Numbered from the stretch's first letter, positions 1-9,262 are shown. The stretch is DNA of 64,000 nucleotides from Candidatus Bathyarchaeia archaeon (GCA_037481775.1 JBBFKZ010000001.1:96001-160000), one strand, 5' to 3'. Numbers and translations: made by a program. The notes: a model not told the origin generated them from the letters alone.

Positions 1-48
1 TTCCGAGTTAATTTTTTTGAGAAGATACTGTTCAATAGGCCCAACCAT
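1..48 (-). CDS. Probable 5' end of a gene running off the window (MVGPIEQYLLKKINSE...)
   Basis: ATG at 46-48 with an AGAGGT SD-like motif upstream, directly downstream of elf1. Too short to identify. Confidence 0.35.
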   Translation of the reverse strand, partial: MVGPIEQYLLKKINSE

Positions 49-66
49 GCTTAAACCTCTTATTGT

Positions 67-333
67 CTAAGCAGCCTGTCCGGTCTTTACAGAGGAACTT
101 TTTGAGGAACTGTAAACTCTATCGGTTAACATGCAGTAAACGTCAACTTCGCCTTGAGCAGGTTTCACTTGAAATTCCTCTTGAAAACCACAGCTACTGC
201 ACCCTGCCACAGCACGCTCTTGTTCTCTGAAAATTTCAACTCTAACGGTTTCTTTCCCACATTTAGGACAAGAGAAGAACTTGGGCAACCGTTTCTTGGG
301 AATACGAATAATCTTTTTTCTTCTTCGTCCCAT
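67..333 (-). CDS. elf1: Transcription elongation factor Elf1
   Basis: MGRRRKK basic N-terminus, F-x-CPKC...CSSC Zn ribbon, VDVYC motif. Confidence 0.9.
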   Translation of the reverse strand: MGRRRKKIIRIPKKRLPKFFSCPKCGKETVRVEIFREQERAVAGCSSCGFQEEFQVKPAQGEVDVYCMLTDRVYSSSKSSSVKTGQAA

Positions 334-432
334 CACGCATCGCTTCTATGTGATAAGTTTACGTTTTCTTTAATATATGCTTGCTCTTAAATACTTGCTT
401 ACACCAATAGAAAAGTTTGGGGGAATATATAA

Positions 433-1275
433 GTGAAATTAACACCCGCAACGTTAGAACTGAATTGGCCTGAAGTTGAGAAGAAAATTTGTCACTTCAT
501 AAAAGATTACATGGAGAACGCGGGAGCTAAGGGTATAGTTCTCGGCTTGTCAGGGGGAATTGACAGCAACACAGTAGCGGCGCTTTCCAGTCTAGCAATA
601 GGAGGGGACAAGGTCACGGGGCTTATACTTCCAGAAAAGGAAACATATAACACCAGAGACATCGATGACGCAAAAGTTATTGCCGAAAAATTCGGTTTAA
701 AAACACAAATATGTGACATCACAACTGTTTTAGAAAACTTCTACCAGGCAATACCCATATTTGACCCAAAAGACAGGATCTGCAAAGGTAATATAAAAGC
801 ACGCGTGAGAATGATTTACCTATATTATTACGCAAATAAGCTCAACATGATAGTCTGCGGAAGCTCTGACAAGTCAGAGACAATGATGGGATACTTCACT
901 AAGTGGGGCGACGCCGCTGCAGACATAGCACCAATCATGGATTTATATAAAACCCAAGTTCGCAAACTAGCTGAGCACATAGGCATCCCAACTCAACTTG
1001 CAGCAAAACCATCCACGCCTGGTCTTTGGCCCAATCAACTTGCAGAAACAGAACTTGGTATAAAATATGAAACACTTGATCTTATTCTTTATGGACTTGA
1101 GCACTTTATGACAACGGATGAAATAGCAGAGCAATTAGGCGTTAAAAAAGAGACTGTTGAAAAAGTAAAAAGCAGATGGCTTACAGTAGAACATAAAAGG
1201 CGATTACCCCTAGCACCAAAAATTGAATACAGAACAGTGGGCGCTGATTTTAGAATACCGCGGCAGAGATACTGA
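433..1275 (+). CDS. nadE: NH3-dependent NAD+ synthetase
   Basis: GLSGGIDS PP-loop, GNIKARVRM, GYFTKWGD, DLYKTQV motifs. Confidence 0.95.
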   Translation: MKLTPATLELNWPEVEKKICHFIKDYMENAGAKGIVLGLSGGIDSNTVAALSSLAIGGDKVTGLILPEKETYNTRDIDDAKVIAEKFGLKTQICDITTVLENFYQAIPIFDPKDRICKGNIKARVRMIYLYYYANKLNMIVCGSSDKSETMMGYFTKWGDAAADIAPIMDLYKTQVRKLAEHIGIPTQLAAKPSTPGLWPNQLAETELGIKYETLDLILYGLEHFMTTDEIAEQLGVKKETVEKVKSRWLTVEHKRRLPLAPKIEYRTVGADFRIPRQRY

Positions 1276-1298
1276 AAATCAAATGAGAAGGTGAAATA

Positions 1299-2131
1299 AT
1301 GAAAGAGAAAATCAAGGTAGCGCTTGCACAAATATGCAGTAGACGTGAAAACAAAGAAGAAAACTTGCGGAAAATGGAGGAGTTTATAATAAAAGCAAAA
1401 GATCAAGCCGCTGACCTCGTAATTTTTCCAGAACTTGCACTGACGGGATACGTTTTACATGATCAAATTTACGAATTAGCTGAAACAATACCTGGTCCAT
1501 CAACTAAAAGAGTAACGGAAATAGCAAAGAAAAATAGGGCACATGTAATTTTTGGCATGCCTGAACTAAGCGAAAAGACAAAAGCCACAATATTCAACGC
1601 GGCAGTCTTAGTTGGACCAAAAGGTGTTATTGGGAAATACCGCAAAATGTATCTTCCAACGCATAGCGTTTTCGAAGAAAAAGGTATTTTCGCTCAGGCG
1701 ATCAAGCAGCCGCATTTAATACACCTATAGGAAAAATAGGATTGATCATATGCTATGACGTTTTCTTTCCAGAAGTATGCCGCCTTACTCGATTAAAGGG
1801 AGCAAACTTGATAGTATGTATATCAGCGTCACCTGCTATTCGTAAAAGCTACTTCGAGATTCTAACGGCGGCAAGAGCCTTGGAAAACACAGCTTTCCTA
1901 GCGTATGTTAACCTTGCAGGACTTGAAGATGGATTACAATTTTGGGGTGGTAGCAGGCTATTAAGTCCCACAGGAGATTTGCTGGCAAAAGCAAAAAGCG
2001 ATGAAGGAGATCTTATTGTCTGCGAAGTTGATTACAGAGACATGAAGGCTGCTGAAACTTTCATTCCTACGCTCAAAGATCTGCGACCAGAACTCTTTGA
2101 CGAACTAAAAAGGCAAGCAAAAACGCTATAA
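1299..2131 (+). CDS. Carbon-nitrogen hydrolase (nitrilase family), frameshifted at ~1678-1682
   Basis: FPEL, YRKMYLP and ICYD catalytic E-K-C motifs are split over two ORFs. Adding one A to the A5 run gives a continuous FEEKRYFRSGDQ...GKIGLIICYD. Confidence 0.85.
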
Positions 2132-2162
2132 AATAAGAGGTAATTCAATTTAATTCTAAAGC

Positions 2163-2257
2163 AAGACATCACGAATCACAATCATATCACAACTTCTTGT
2201 GATCTCGAAAGATCAAAGTATAATCACGCGTGATTTCTTTGTGATAAGTGATGTCAC
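2163..2257. repeat. Array of ATCAC/GTGAT heptad-spaced repeats (array 1)
   Basis: AAGACATCACGAATCAC 2163-2179; inverted GTGATAAGTGATGTCAC 2241-2257; palindrome AATCACGCGTGATT 2222-2235; extra half sites at 2186 and 2199. Confidence 0.8.
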
Positions 2258-2674
2258 ATATTGAAGGGCTTTAGGGTCTTTAAAGCTAATTAGCGACGTA
2301 AGGGTTCAGGAATTGGCGGAAAAAATAAAAACTAATATGTTTATCCAGATAGGGAATGAACCCTGAATTTGTTAATAGCAGATATTAAGAACTTGTTATA
2401 GGGCATGAATTAAATTTGCAATTTAATAAAACAGCAATTTAAGTAAACGTTCCTTCTATGCTCTTTTACGATTTTAAGACTTATTTTAAGCTTTAAATGA
2501 ATAATAAGTGAGCTAAGCACTTTACTTTTACTTTAATCTTCAAAATATCCTTTTTTTAAGGAGGGAACAGCGTGTATTATTGAAAGTATTAATTAACAAC
2601 TATATTCAATAAGCTTAAAAGCGGCGCCAGTATACGAAAGTGTATCCATTTGAAAAGCCACAGGAGACAAGAAT

Positions 2675-3154
2675 TTGAAGTTAAAAGAAGGCGTTCAAGC
2701 ATGGTTAAATGGGGCATTAAACGACCCTGTTGCAAAAATACTCTACAAAAACAGTCAATTAACAAAAACGCAGCTCGAAACATTGCTTATAGACGTTTTA
2801 GCTGAAAATTTAGCGGGTAAACACTTAAAATACGATGAAAAAGCCAAATTAAGGCTAACAAAAGCTAAAATAAGCCGAGGAGCCTTTAACAGGACATTAA
2901 AACAAGCCAAAGAAAACGTAATAAAATCAATATACACGGTGTTGCTTTTAGGCTATTTAGGGATTTTTGAAAGCACAACTCTTGACCCATATCTTGAAAT
3001 CGCCAACAAACTGAAAGATTACGTTGACGCATACAAAGACATACCAGAAACAGATAAAGCGCGAGAAGATCATCTAAAAGTCATAGAAATCATACGTGAA
3101 GAGCTTGAAACAAGCCTAAAACGGCTTTCTTCACCCTCAGCAGAAGAAGTGTGA
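2675..3154 (+). CDS. Conserved hypothetical protein, probable HTH DNA-binding protein
   Basis: LTKTQLETLL...ISRGAFNRTLKQAKENV resembles a sigma-4/Tfx-like HTH; flanked by repeat arrays. Confidence 0.65.
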   Translation: MKLKEGVQAWLNGALNDPVAKILYKNSQLTKTQLETLLIDVLAENLAGKHLKYDEKAKLRLTKAKISRGAFNRTLKQAKENVIKSIYTVLLLGYLGIFESTTLDPYLEIANKLKDYVDAYKDIPETDKAREDHLKVIEIIREELETSLKRLSSPSAEEV

Positions 3155-3428
3155 CATCACAAATCACAGCAGTCAAATAGGAACAGAACCCAAAACGTTC
3201 GGCAGCATAGTGAGGCAGGAATAGGCCCAGAATTTAAAAATAACCCATAGAATCAGAGATTTTAAAAGCGAAGAAGATTGCCAAAAATAGGAAAATGCTG
3301 TGATGTGTGATGTCATGATAAGGCGGGGCTCAAGACACCGCAAAACTTAAATTTTCCATGGAAAACTGTGATGTGTGATGCAACGTGTTAAATCACGTGT
3401 AGATCACAGAAGCGTGTTCAAGTGTGAT
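3151..3428. repeat. Array of ATCAC/GTGAT heptad-spaced repeats (array 2)
   Basis: GTGACATCACAAATCAC 3151-3167; GTGATGTGTGATGTCAT 3300-3316; GTGATGTGTGATGCAAC 3368-3384; half sites at 3392, 3403 and 3424. Confidence 0.8.
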
Positions 3429-4137
3429 TGAAGGTTTACTAACACTGATAATTATTCTGCTCACAGCAACCGTTATCGCGTCAATTGAGTATTACAGACA
3501 GATCCGTAAAGCTCAAAAAGAATACGAAAAAGCTAGGGAAATCATAGAGGACATTGTTCTTAGTTTTAATCGTGAATTAAAACGAGATGCTGAAAACTTG
3601 GATAGAATAGCCTTTAAGGTAGAGGGAAATATAGCAAAGGTAGATACAAGCCTTAAGAAAGTAGAGACCGTCGAAAGAAAGTTGACAGTCATAGAAAACA
3701 CACTCCGAATGCTCTCTGAAAATTATACAGGCATCTTAACAAAGACAAAAGAAGTTGAAGCAAAAACCAACAATATTGAGGTAACATGCCAAACGCTGAA
3801 AACAAAAATCACAGAAATAGAAGAGCAAGCGCAAAAAGCAGCTGTAATACCAGAAATAAAAAGTGAGCCAGTTATACCAATACGAAGAGACAAAGCTATG
3901 TCTGCATTAACAGACACAGAAGTGGCAGTTTTAGAGCTACTTGCAACGGAGGGCGCGAAAACGGCGCCTGAGATCAGAGACAAAATTGGTCTTAGCAGAG
4001 AGCATACTGCAAGACTTATGAAAAAACTTTATGAAGAAGGCTACCTTGAAAGAGAAACAGGCAAAATCCCGTTTAGATACAGCGTCAAAAAAGAAATGGA
4101 AAAGTTCTTGAAGAAGGCAGAAAGTGGGCAGGTGTGA
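3424..4137 (+). CDS. Membrane-anchored coiled-coil protein with C-terminal winged-helix (MarR-like) domain
   Basis: N-terminal hydrophobic helix LLTLIIILLTATVIASI; ~115-aa E/K-rich heptad region; LTDTEVAVLELL...SREHTARLMKKLYEEGYLER...PFRY wHTH. Confidence 0.8.
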   Translation: MIEGLLTLIIILLTATVIASIEYYRQIRKAQKEYEKAREIIEDIVLSFNRELKRDAENLDRIAFKVEGNIAKVDTSLKKVETVERKLTVIENTLRMLSENYTGILTKTKEVEAKTNNIEVTCQTLKTKITEIEEQAQKAAVIPEIKSEPVIPIRRDKAMSALTDTEVAVLELLATEGAKTAPEIRDKIGLSREHTARLMKKLYEEGYLERETGKIPFRYSVKKEMEKFLKKAESGQV

Positions 4138-5670
4138 TCATATCAAAGAAGGCGTTTCTTGATCATTCAACTTTTTAAGCTGTGTGCTCATTTTTGAGAG
4201 GGTAGAAGAATCGGGAAGGACATAGTCAGCGTTACCTCGTTTTTCCAAATAATCAGGGTAATGAGTAACTTTTATTGGAACAGCAAATTTGATTTTGGGC
4301 TCAGAAATAAGCAAGGCTTCACCTACATCAAGCATCTTTATCTCGGTTTCACTATACTCCATGTAGGGTGTGTTCTCAGTTAGATATTGTCTATCTTTCT
4401 TTAGCTCTGTTTTCATAATAATTTTAGTCCATAACTCAGCAAAAACATCAAAAGTAATTCTGGATGGCCTCGGCGTCACGGCGTTAAGCCCAACACGATA
4501 TTTGCGATAAGTAAGGGCAATGTCTGAAAAAATTGTTCGGGAGTTATTCGGATCAAGAAATTCGTGAGCTTCTTCAAGAGTTATAAGCAATGTCGGAAGT
4601 TTCTGCCACGCATCATAGTTCTCTTCCCACATGTGCTTGTAATGTTCCACAACTACTGATGCTGATAAGCAAACAATGCGTTTTTGATCTTCGGAACGAA
4701 GACCTGAAATGTCAATTAAACAAGTGATGCCTTTGCAAACATTCTGTAAAACGCTGTCGACAAAAGAGGTGTTAGTGGCAGGGAAAAGTTCATTCGACAA
4801 AGAGGAAAGCTTCTGCATGAGGGCTTCAATAACAACTTTATTCGCGTGCACAGAAAGCTTGTCGCCTTTTGCATAGGTTTCTCGGCTTATTTCTATCCAA
4901 GCTGATCCGAAATGTTTGTACAAGGCCCAAGCAAGTCTTCTCTGAGGCGGCTGAATATCAGGGAAAAGAGCGTCTAGCCTAGCAGGAGTTATTGTTCGTA
5001 AACCAACGACCATTTTTCCGTCTCTAGCGGAGTAATATTGTACTTTGCTGTGAAAAAGAGGGTGATCTTTTAAGCCTCTTTTCGGTTCAATTTCTTTCCC
5101 TTCTAATAGTTGCCCCGCAAAATCGTAGATTAGTGCAACCGTTCTAGGGCTGTTATCTATTATCTGAGCGTTTAGAATTAATTCGGTGTTTGTTTTTCCT
5201 GAGCCAGTCATGCCAAACATGCCCATCATTCGAGGAATCGCAGAGATATTTATTCCCACTGAACCGAGCAGTTGATCGGCTGAGCGCAAATGACCTATCT
5301 CAAGATCTCCAGATAGTTTTAGAATGGGGCAGTCTTCCTCGTTTGTTGAATAGACCTTATCGCGGTAATTTGGATTAAAAGTAGGCGAACGTATTCGACC
5401 GTCTCTTTTTTCTAAAAAGAGTATAGCATCTACACATCTATATGCGGAATATGGTCCAAAAGCTTCTTTGCCTTCAGCCTCTCGCAACTGCTCAATAGTT
5501 TCGAGTGTAGAACTACTTTCAGAGTTAACTACTCTGGCATAGAAACACCGATCATTTGAGTCTATACGAACTATTTGGCCAAAGGCCAAGTTAACATTCT
5601 TATTAACTAAGAAGGAGACAGAGTCCCCCTTAGTTCCACATACAAAACCTATTGGTTCAAGGTTGACCAT
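4138..5670 (-). CDS. herA: HerA/FtsK-family ATPase (HAS barrel + DUF87)
   Basis: N-terminal beta-barrel, Walker A GMTGSGKT, Walker B ITLEEAH, RKYRVGL arginine-finger region; overlaps the nurA stop. Confidence 0.8.
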   Translation of the reverse strand: MVNLEPIGFVCGTKGDSVSFLVNKNVNLAFGQIVRIDSNDRCFYARVVNSESSSTLETIEQLREAEGKEAFGPYSAYRCVDAILFLEKRDGRIRSPTFNPNYRDKVYSTNEEDCPILKLSGDLEIGHLRSADQLLGSVGINISAIPRMMGMFGMTGSGKTNTELILNAQIIDNSPRTVALIYDFAGQLLEGKEIEPKRGLKDHPLFHSKVQYYSARDGKMVVGLRTITPARLDALFPDIQPPQRRLAWALYKHFGSAWIEISRETYAKGDKLSVHANKVVIEALMQKLSSLSNELFPATNTSFVDSVLQNVCKGITCLIDISGLRSEDQKRIVCLSASVVVEHYKHMWEENYDAWQKLPTLLITLEEAHEFLDPNNSRTIFSDIALTYRKYRVGLNAVTPRPSRITFDVFAELWTKIIMKTELKKDRQYLTENTPYMEYSETEIKMLDVGEALLISEPKIKFAVPIKVTHYPDYLEKRGNADYVLPDSSTLSKMSTQLKKLNDQETPSLI

Positions 5671-6676
5671 CCCACCACTCCCATTCAAAAGCATATTTCA
5701 CACCATGAATTTCATCAGCAAAACTGCACGAAAGTTCTTCTCTGCGCAGTATCTCAAGCAATCCAGCCTCTTTCAGTTTTTCTTCAATCTGTTCATGATA
5801 AAAAAGCAGCATAGAATTTGAAGGCGCTGAAAAATCATGTGCAAGATAAAGACTTATTGGATAGCCGAGGCACCGGGGGTCATTAGATACCGCAGTTAAA
5901 GGCGAAAGCAGCTTACAAATATCATGCTGGGTTAAGTAGTCCATTATATCACAGCGAAAAACATGAGGACTGTCGGAAGATAATTTCACAATTGCTATGT
6001 CACCGTACAAGCTTTTGTCCTTGTCAGCCTTTTGCACCGGATGATAAACCCAAAGATCATAGGGAGCCATCATGTACGTAGTAGAAATTAAATCTCTTCC
6101 TTTTTCGTCATGCAAAGAAGGCGAGTTTTTACTAATGGCTAAGAGGTTAATACCACATTTTTCGCATTCATCATAAAGCGTAACGCGAAATTTTCTTTCG
6201 CCACCGAAATATCCGCCGCCGTCCAAGAGTAAGTATATACTACGTGCATCATTATGTACGTGAGAGGAGTTTGAAGTTGCGTTTTTAAGGGCATTAAGAG
6301 CAACTTGGCTTTCTAATTCGATTCTAAAGTCTTGTAGGTAACTCTTCCGTGTGCGTGCATCCCCGACAACGGTGCACACTCTTTCAGAATAGCTCCAATC
6401 TACCATGCGCTCTTTAACCGAAACGCTAGCAACACGCATCAAATAAACGCCCCAGTTGTTAGCTCTTTTTAGTGTCCGTGTCGAGCAATCAACAGCTATA
6501 AAACTTCCAGTGAAGGCTGCTAAGGGTTGTAAAGGCTTTATTAAAGCAGGATCCGGTTTAACATAGAATAGTGGCTCCTCGATTATTTCCGCTCCACTGG
6601 CAACTCGGCCCCTGTCAACGTAACATTTAAGTTTCTTTTCCATTTCTGCTAAATCTGGTTCAAGAGTTTGATTCAT
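5657..6676 (-). CDS. nurA: NurA-family nuclease
   Basis: FIAVDCS, LLLDGG, AISKNS and GYPISLYLAH motifs; directly upstream of HerA. Confidence 0.8.
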   Translation of the reverse strand: MNQTLEPDLAEMEKKLKCYVDRGRVASGAEIIEEPLFYVKPDPALIKPLQPLAAFTGSFIAVDCSTRTLKRANNWGVYLMRVASVSVKERMVDWSYSERVCTVVGDARTRKSYLQDFRIELESQVALNALKNATSNSSHVHNDARSIYLLLDGGGYFGGERKFRVTLYDECEKCGINLLAISKNSPSLHDEKGRDLISTTYMMAPYDLWVYHPVQKADKDKSLYGDIAIVKLSSDSPHVFRCDIMDYLTQHDICKLLSPLTAVSNDPRCLGYPISLYLAHDFSAPSNSMLLFYHEQIEEKLKEAGLLEILRREELSCSFADEIHGVKYAFEWEWWDGQP

Positions 6677-6705
6677 CGACTCGCCTAAACGTTATACCGA
6701 AACAA
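6660..6705 (+). repeat. Split copy of a 30-bp sequence also found in the origin (7614-7643)
   Basis: TCAAGAGTTTGATTC (6660-6674) + 16-nt spacer + GTTATACCGAAACAA (6691-6705). Confidence 0.75.
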
Positions 6706-6774
6706 TATTTTAAAGACGCAAAACGCAGCTTTATGCTTTATGTGTATAGCGGAAGGAATTATATTTGATGGATT

Positions 6775-7206
6775 TTACTTAAACTGTTGTCTTATGGTAG
6801 CTTGAGGAACATTTGGTGCAACTTTATATTTTAGACTATTTGCCCCGCCTGTTCTCAAGAGCAACCCTTTATTCGCCATTCTTGAAAGGTAAGTTGATAT
6901 TGTACTAAGGCCTATTGGCTCCTTAAGTTCCTGTTCATAAACAGCTTGGACGTCTTTTGAAGAAAACCAGATAATCGGAAAATGTTTCTTAATAATAAAA
7001 TGAACTTTTTCGAAACGAGAAAGACTATTATTTGCCAAGTTATTACCAGTGCCAGAAGTTGTTTCTTCACTTGGCATGCCGCCTAATAATTCCACAAGAT
7101 CCAACAAGTGTAGAGCTTTTTCTCTGGTGATTTGGCCTTCAAAAGCAATAGTGTAACGATTGCCTTCGCTATCGAATAGCTCTACACGCATTTTCCGCGC
7201 AGGCAT
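6775..7206 (-). CDS. Winged-helix DNA-binding protein divergent from cdc6
   Basis: FSSKDVQAVYEQ...IGLSTISTYLSRMANKGLLLR wHTH; ATG at 7206 with an AGGTGT SD. Confidence 0.75.
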   Translation of the reverse strand: MPARKMRVELFDSEGNRYTIAFEGQITREKALHLLDLVELLGGMPSEETTSGTGNNLANNSLSRFEKVHFIIKKHFPIIWFSSKDVQAVYEQELKEPIGLSTISTYLSRMANKGLLLRTGGANSLKYKVAPNVPQATIRQQFK

Positions 7207-7512
7207 TACAGAGTACACCTAAGTGCTGTTCACAAATTTTACACTTCACAACTTATAGCTGTTATGGTTAAAAGACAAAAAGTTAAAAGCCATAAAAACG
7301 GCTTGTTTGTTTAAAAAACCAAAATTTGCAGTTTATTTAGCTTTACAAGCTTCACGGTATTGTAAAAAAGAAAAATAAATTTAACTTCATTATCATTCGT
7401 TATTTCCAATAGAAGTGTAGGGGTGCCACTTTCACAAAAAATAAGCAAAGAAAACGGCAATTTTATAAAAATACAGGCAAATAAACAACAATTTTGGTGT
7501 AATTTCACATGG

Positions 7513-7532
7513 CCTTCACAAAAATGTGAAGG
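7513..7532. promoter_or_regulatory. Perfect inverted repeat CCTTCACA-N4-TGTGAAGG within oriC
   Basis: Seen directly; further TTCAC half sites near 7229, 7246, 7351, 7431 and 7504. Confidence 0.5.
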
Positions 7533-7613
7533 TAAAAAAAGTAAAGTTAAGAAGAAGGAAACAAAACAGTACATGTTGGGGTGATAATTACTTTTTTGTA
7601 CCAAATAAAATAG

Positions 7614-7643
7614 TCAAGAGTTTGATTCGTTATACCGAAACAA
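7614..7643 (+). repeat. Contiguous 30-bp copy of the nurA 5' region sequence
   Basis: TCAAGAGTTTGATTCGTTATACCGAAACAA. Confidence 0.75.
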
Positions 7644-8029
7644 GTCAATGTATCCATTTAAAATTCATTCGAACACAGTCACCCCTTCATTTCCTTTCGA
7701 AAAATAAATGTAACAAAGTAAGCATAAAAGTCGGAAGAAAAATGTGGAAAAGTTTATCTAAAATTTTCAATCACAATTATTAATATACTAACTTTCATAT
7801 TACCCCGCAGAGTATATTTATTATAATAATAAATCACAAATATTACATAATTATAGAGTATATTTCCAATGGAAATTTTGGGGTGCGTGTCTGCCGCATC
7901 TAAGCGAATATAACCTCAAAGTTTCATTAGTTTTTAGGATTATTGAATACTAAAACTATTTTTTTATACTATACACTTTATCTGCTCCACTTGAAATAAA
8001 GGTAGTGCCGCTGAAAAGGAGGGGGTAAC

Positions 8030-9262
8030 ATGGGTAATCAAAAGATACTTGACGATGTCTTCGAAAATTTCGTGAATAACACTCAAATCTTCAAGGATCG
8101 TGAGGTCTTAAGGCATGATTATCTTCCTGATAAGCTACCCCATAGAGAAGAGCAAATACGACTTCTCGGAACAATAGTTGCACCTGTTTTGAAAGTCGCA
8201 AGATGTTCTAACATTTTCATTTACGGTAATACTGGGACAGGCAAAACTGCTGTAGCTAAATATGTGTTAAGCCATCTAGAGACCAAAGCAAAGATGTATG
8301 GTGTTCCTGTCAAATTTTCTTATGTGAACTGCCGGATGACTGGTTCTGAATATCGCGTTTTCGCGAGTCTATGTCAAAGCGTTGGTATAAGCGTGCCTTT
8401 CACTGGGTTGTCTGTTGATGAAGTTTTTGATAGGTTTAGAGCAGGTTTAGATGCAGCAAAAACAATTTTTATTGTAGTTTTGGATGAGATAGACGCTTTA
8501 ATTAAAAATCGAGGCGATCAACTGCTCTATGAGTTAACCAGAATAAATGAGACATTAAACAAAAGCAAAGTTTCAATTATTGGAATCTCTAATGATCTTC
8601 GCTTAAAGGAATTTCTTGATCCTCGCGTTTTCAGTTCTCTCAGCGAAGAAGAGTTAGTTTTTAGACCTTATGATGCAAGCGAATTGCGGAATATTCTTCT
8701 TGAACGTTCCAAATTGTCTTTCTATGATGGTGTTCTTTCCGAAGCTGCCTTGAACGTTTGCTCTGCATTAGCTGCTGCTGAACATGGGGATGCAAGACGC
8801 GCTTTAGATTTGTTACGTGTTGCCGGAGAAGTCGCCGAACGCCAGGGGGCAAAAATGATTTTGGATGAGCATGTTAGAGAAGCTGAGCGGCACATTGAAC
8901 ATAATCGTGTTGTGGAAGCTTTGAGGAACTTAACTTTGCATTCAAAACTGGTTCTTTTAAGCGTGTACAGTTTGAATAAGTCCAGCGTTACTACCGGGGA
9001 AATATATGACATCTACAATGAACTTTGTGGGGAGTTAGGAGTAGGACTTCTGACGCAACGCCGCCTAAGCACTTTGATCAATGAGCTTGATGCGATGGGT
9101 ATTTTAAATGCAAAAGTGGTTAGCATGGGGCGGTATGGTCGCACAAAAAAGATCAGGTTGGAGATCTCGCGGACTTTAATTAAAGATGTTTTCGAAAGCG
9201 ACAACCGAATGGGACGCCTCATTGATTATAAACCTAAAAGCTCTCAAAAATATACGCAATGA
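8030..9262 (+). CDS. cdc6: Orc1/Cdc6 replication initiator
   Basis: IFKDREVL, LPHREEQI, GNTGTGKT, VLDEID, GDARRALDLLR, GRYGRT motifs. Confidence 0.97.
   Translation: MGNQKILDDVFENFVNNTQIFKDREVLRHDYLPDKLPHREEQIRLLGTIVAPVLKVARCSNIFIYGNTGTGKTAVAKYVLSHLETKAKMYGVPVKFSYVNCRMTGSEYRVFASLCQSVGISVPFTGLSVDEVFDRFRAGLDAAKTIFIVVLDEIDALIKNRGDQLLYELTRINETLNKSKVSIIGISNDLRLKEFLDPRVFSSLSEEELVFRPYDASELRNILLERSKLSFYDGVLSEAALNVCSALAAAEHGDARRALDLLRVAGEVAERQGAKMILDEHVREAERHIEHNRVVEALRNLTLHSKLVLLSVYSLNKSSVTTGEIYDIYNELCGELGVGLLTQRRLSTLINELDAMGILNAKVVSMGRYGRTKKIRLEISRTLIKDVFESDNRMGRLIDYKPKSSQKYTQ

Larger units (their letters stand above)
7221..8029. other. Predicted chromosomal replication origin (oriC)
   Basis: ~800-bp AT-rich intergenic region upstream of cdc6 with ORB-like boxes: TTTCCAATAGAAGTGTAGGGGT 7403-7424 (+); TTTTCGAAAGGAAATGAAGGGGT 7681-7703 (-); TTTCCAATGGAAATTTTGGGGT 7863-7884 (+); CTCCACTTGAAATAAAGG from 7985. 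Confidence 0.85.

Noticed and set aside
1670-1745. Nitrilase split as an intron or programmed frameshift
   Set aside because: A single missing A in an A run explains it. There is no inserted sequence, BHB or canonical slippery heptamer; likely sequencing error.
2163-3428. CRISPR array
   Set aside because: Repeats are short, in mixed orientation and irregularly spaced; no cas genes.
7311-7783. ORFs within the origin region
   Set aside because: AT-rich chance ORFs overlapping ORB boxes.
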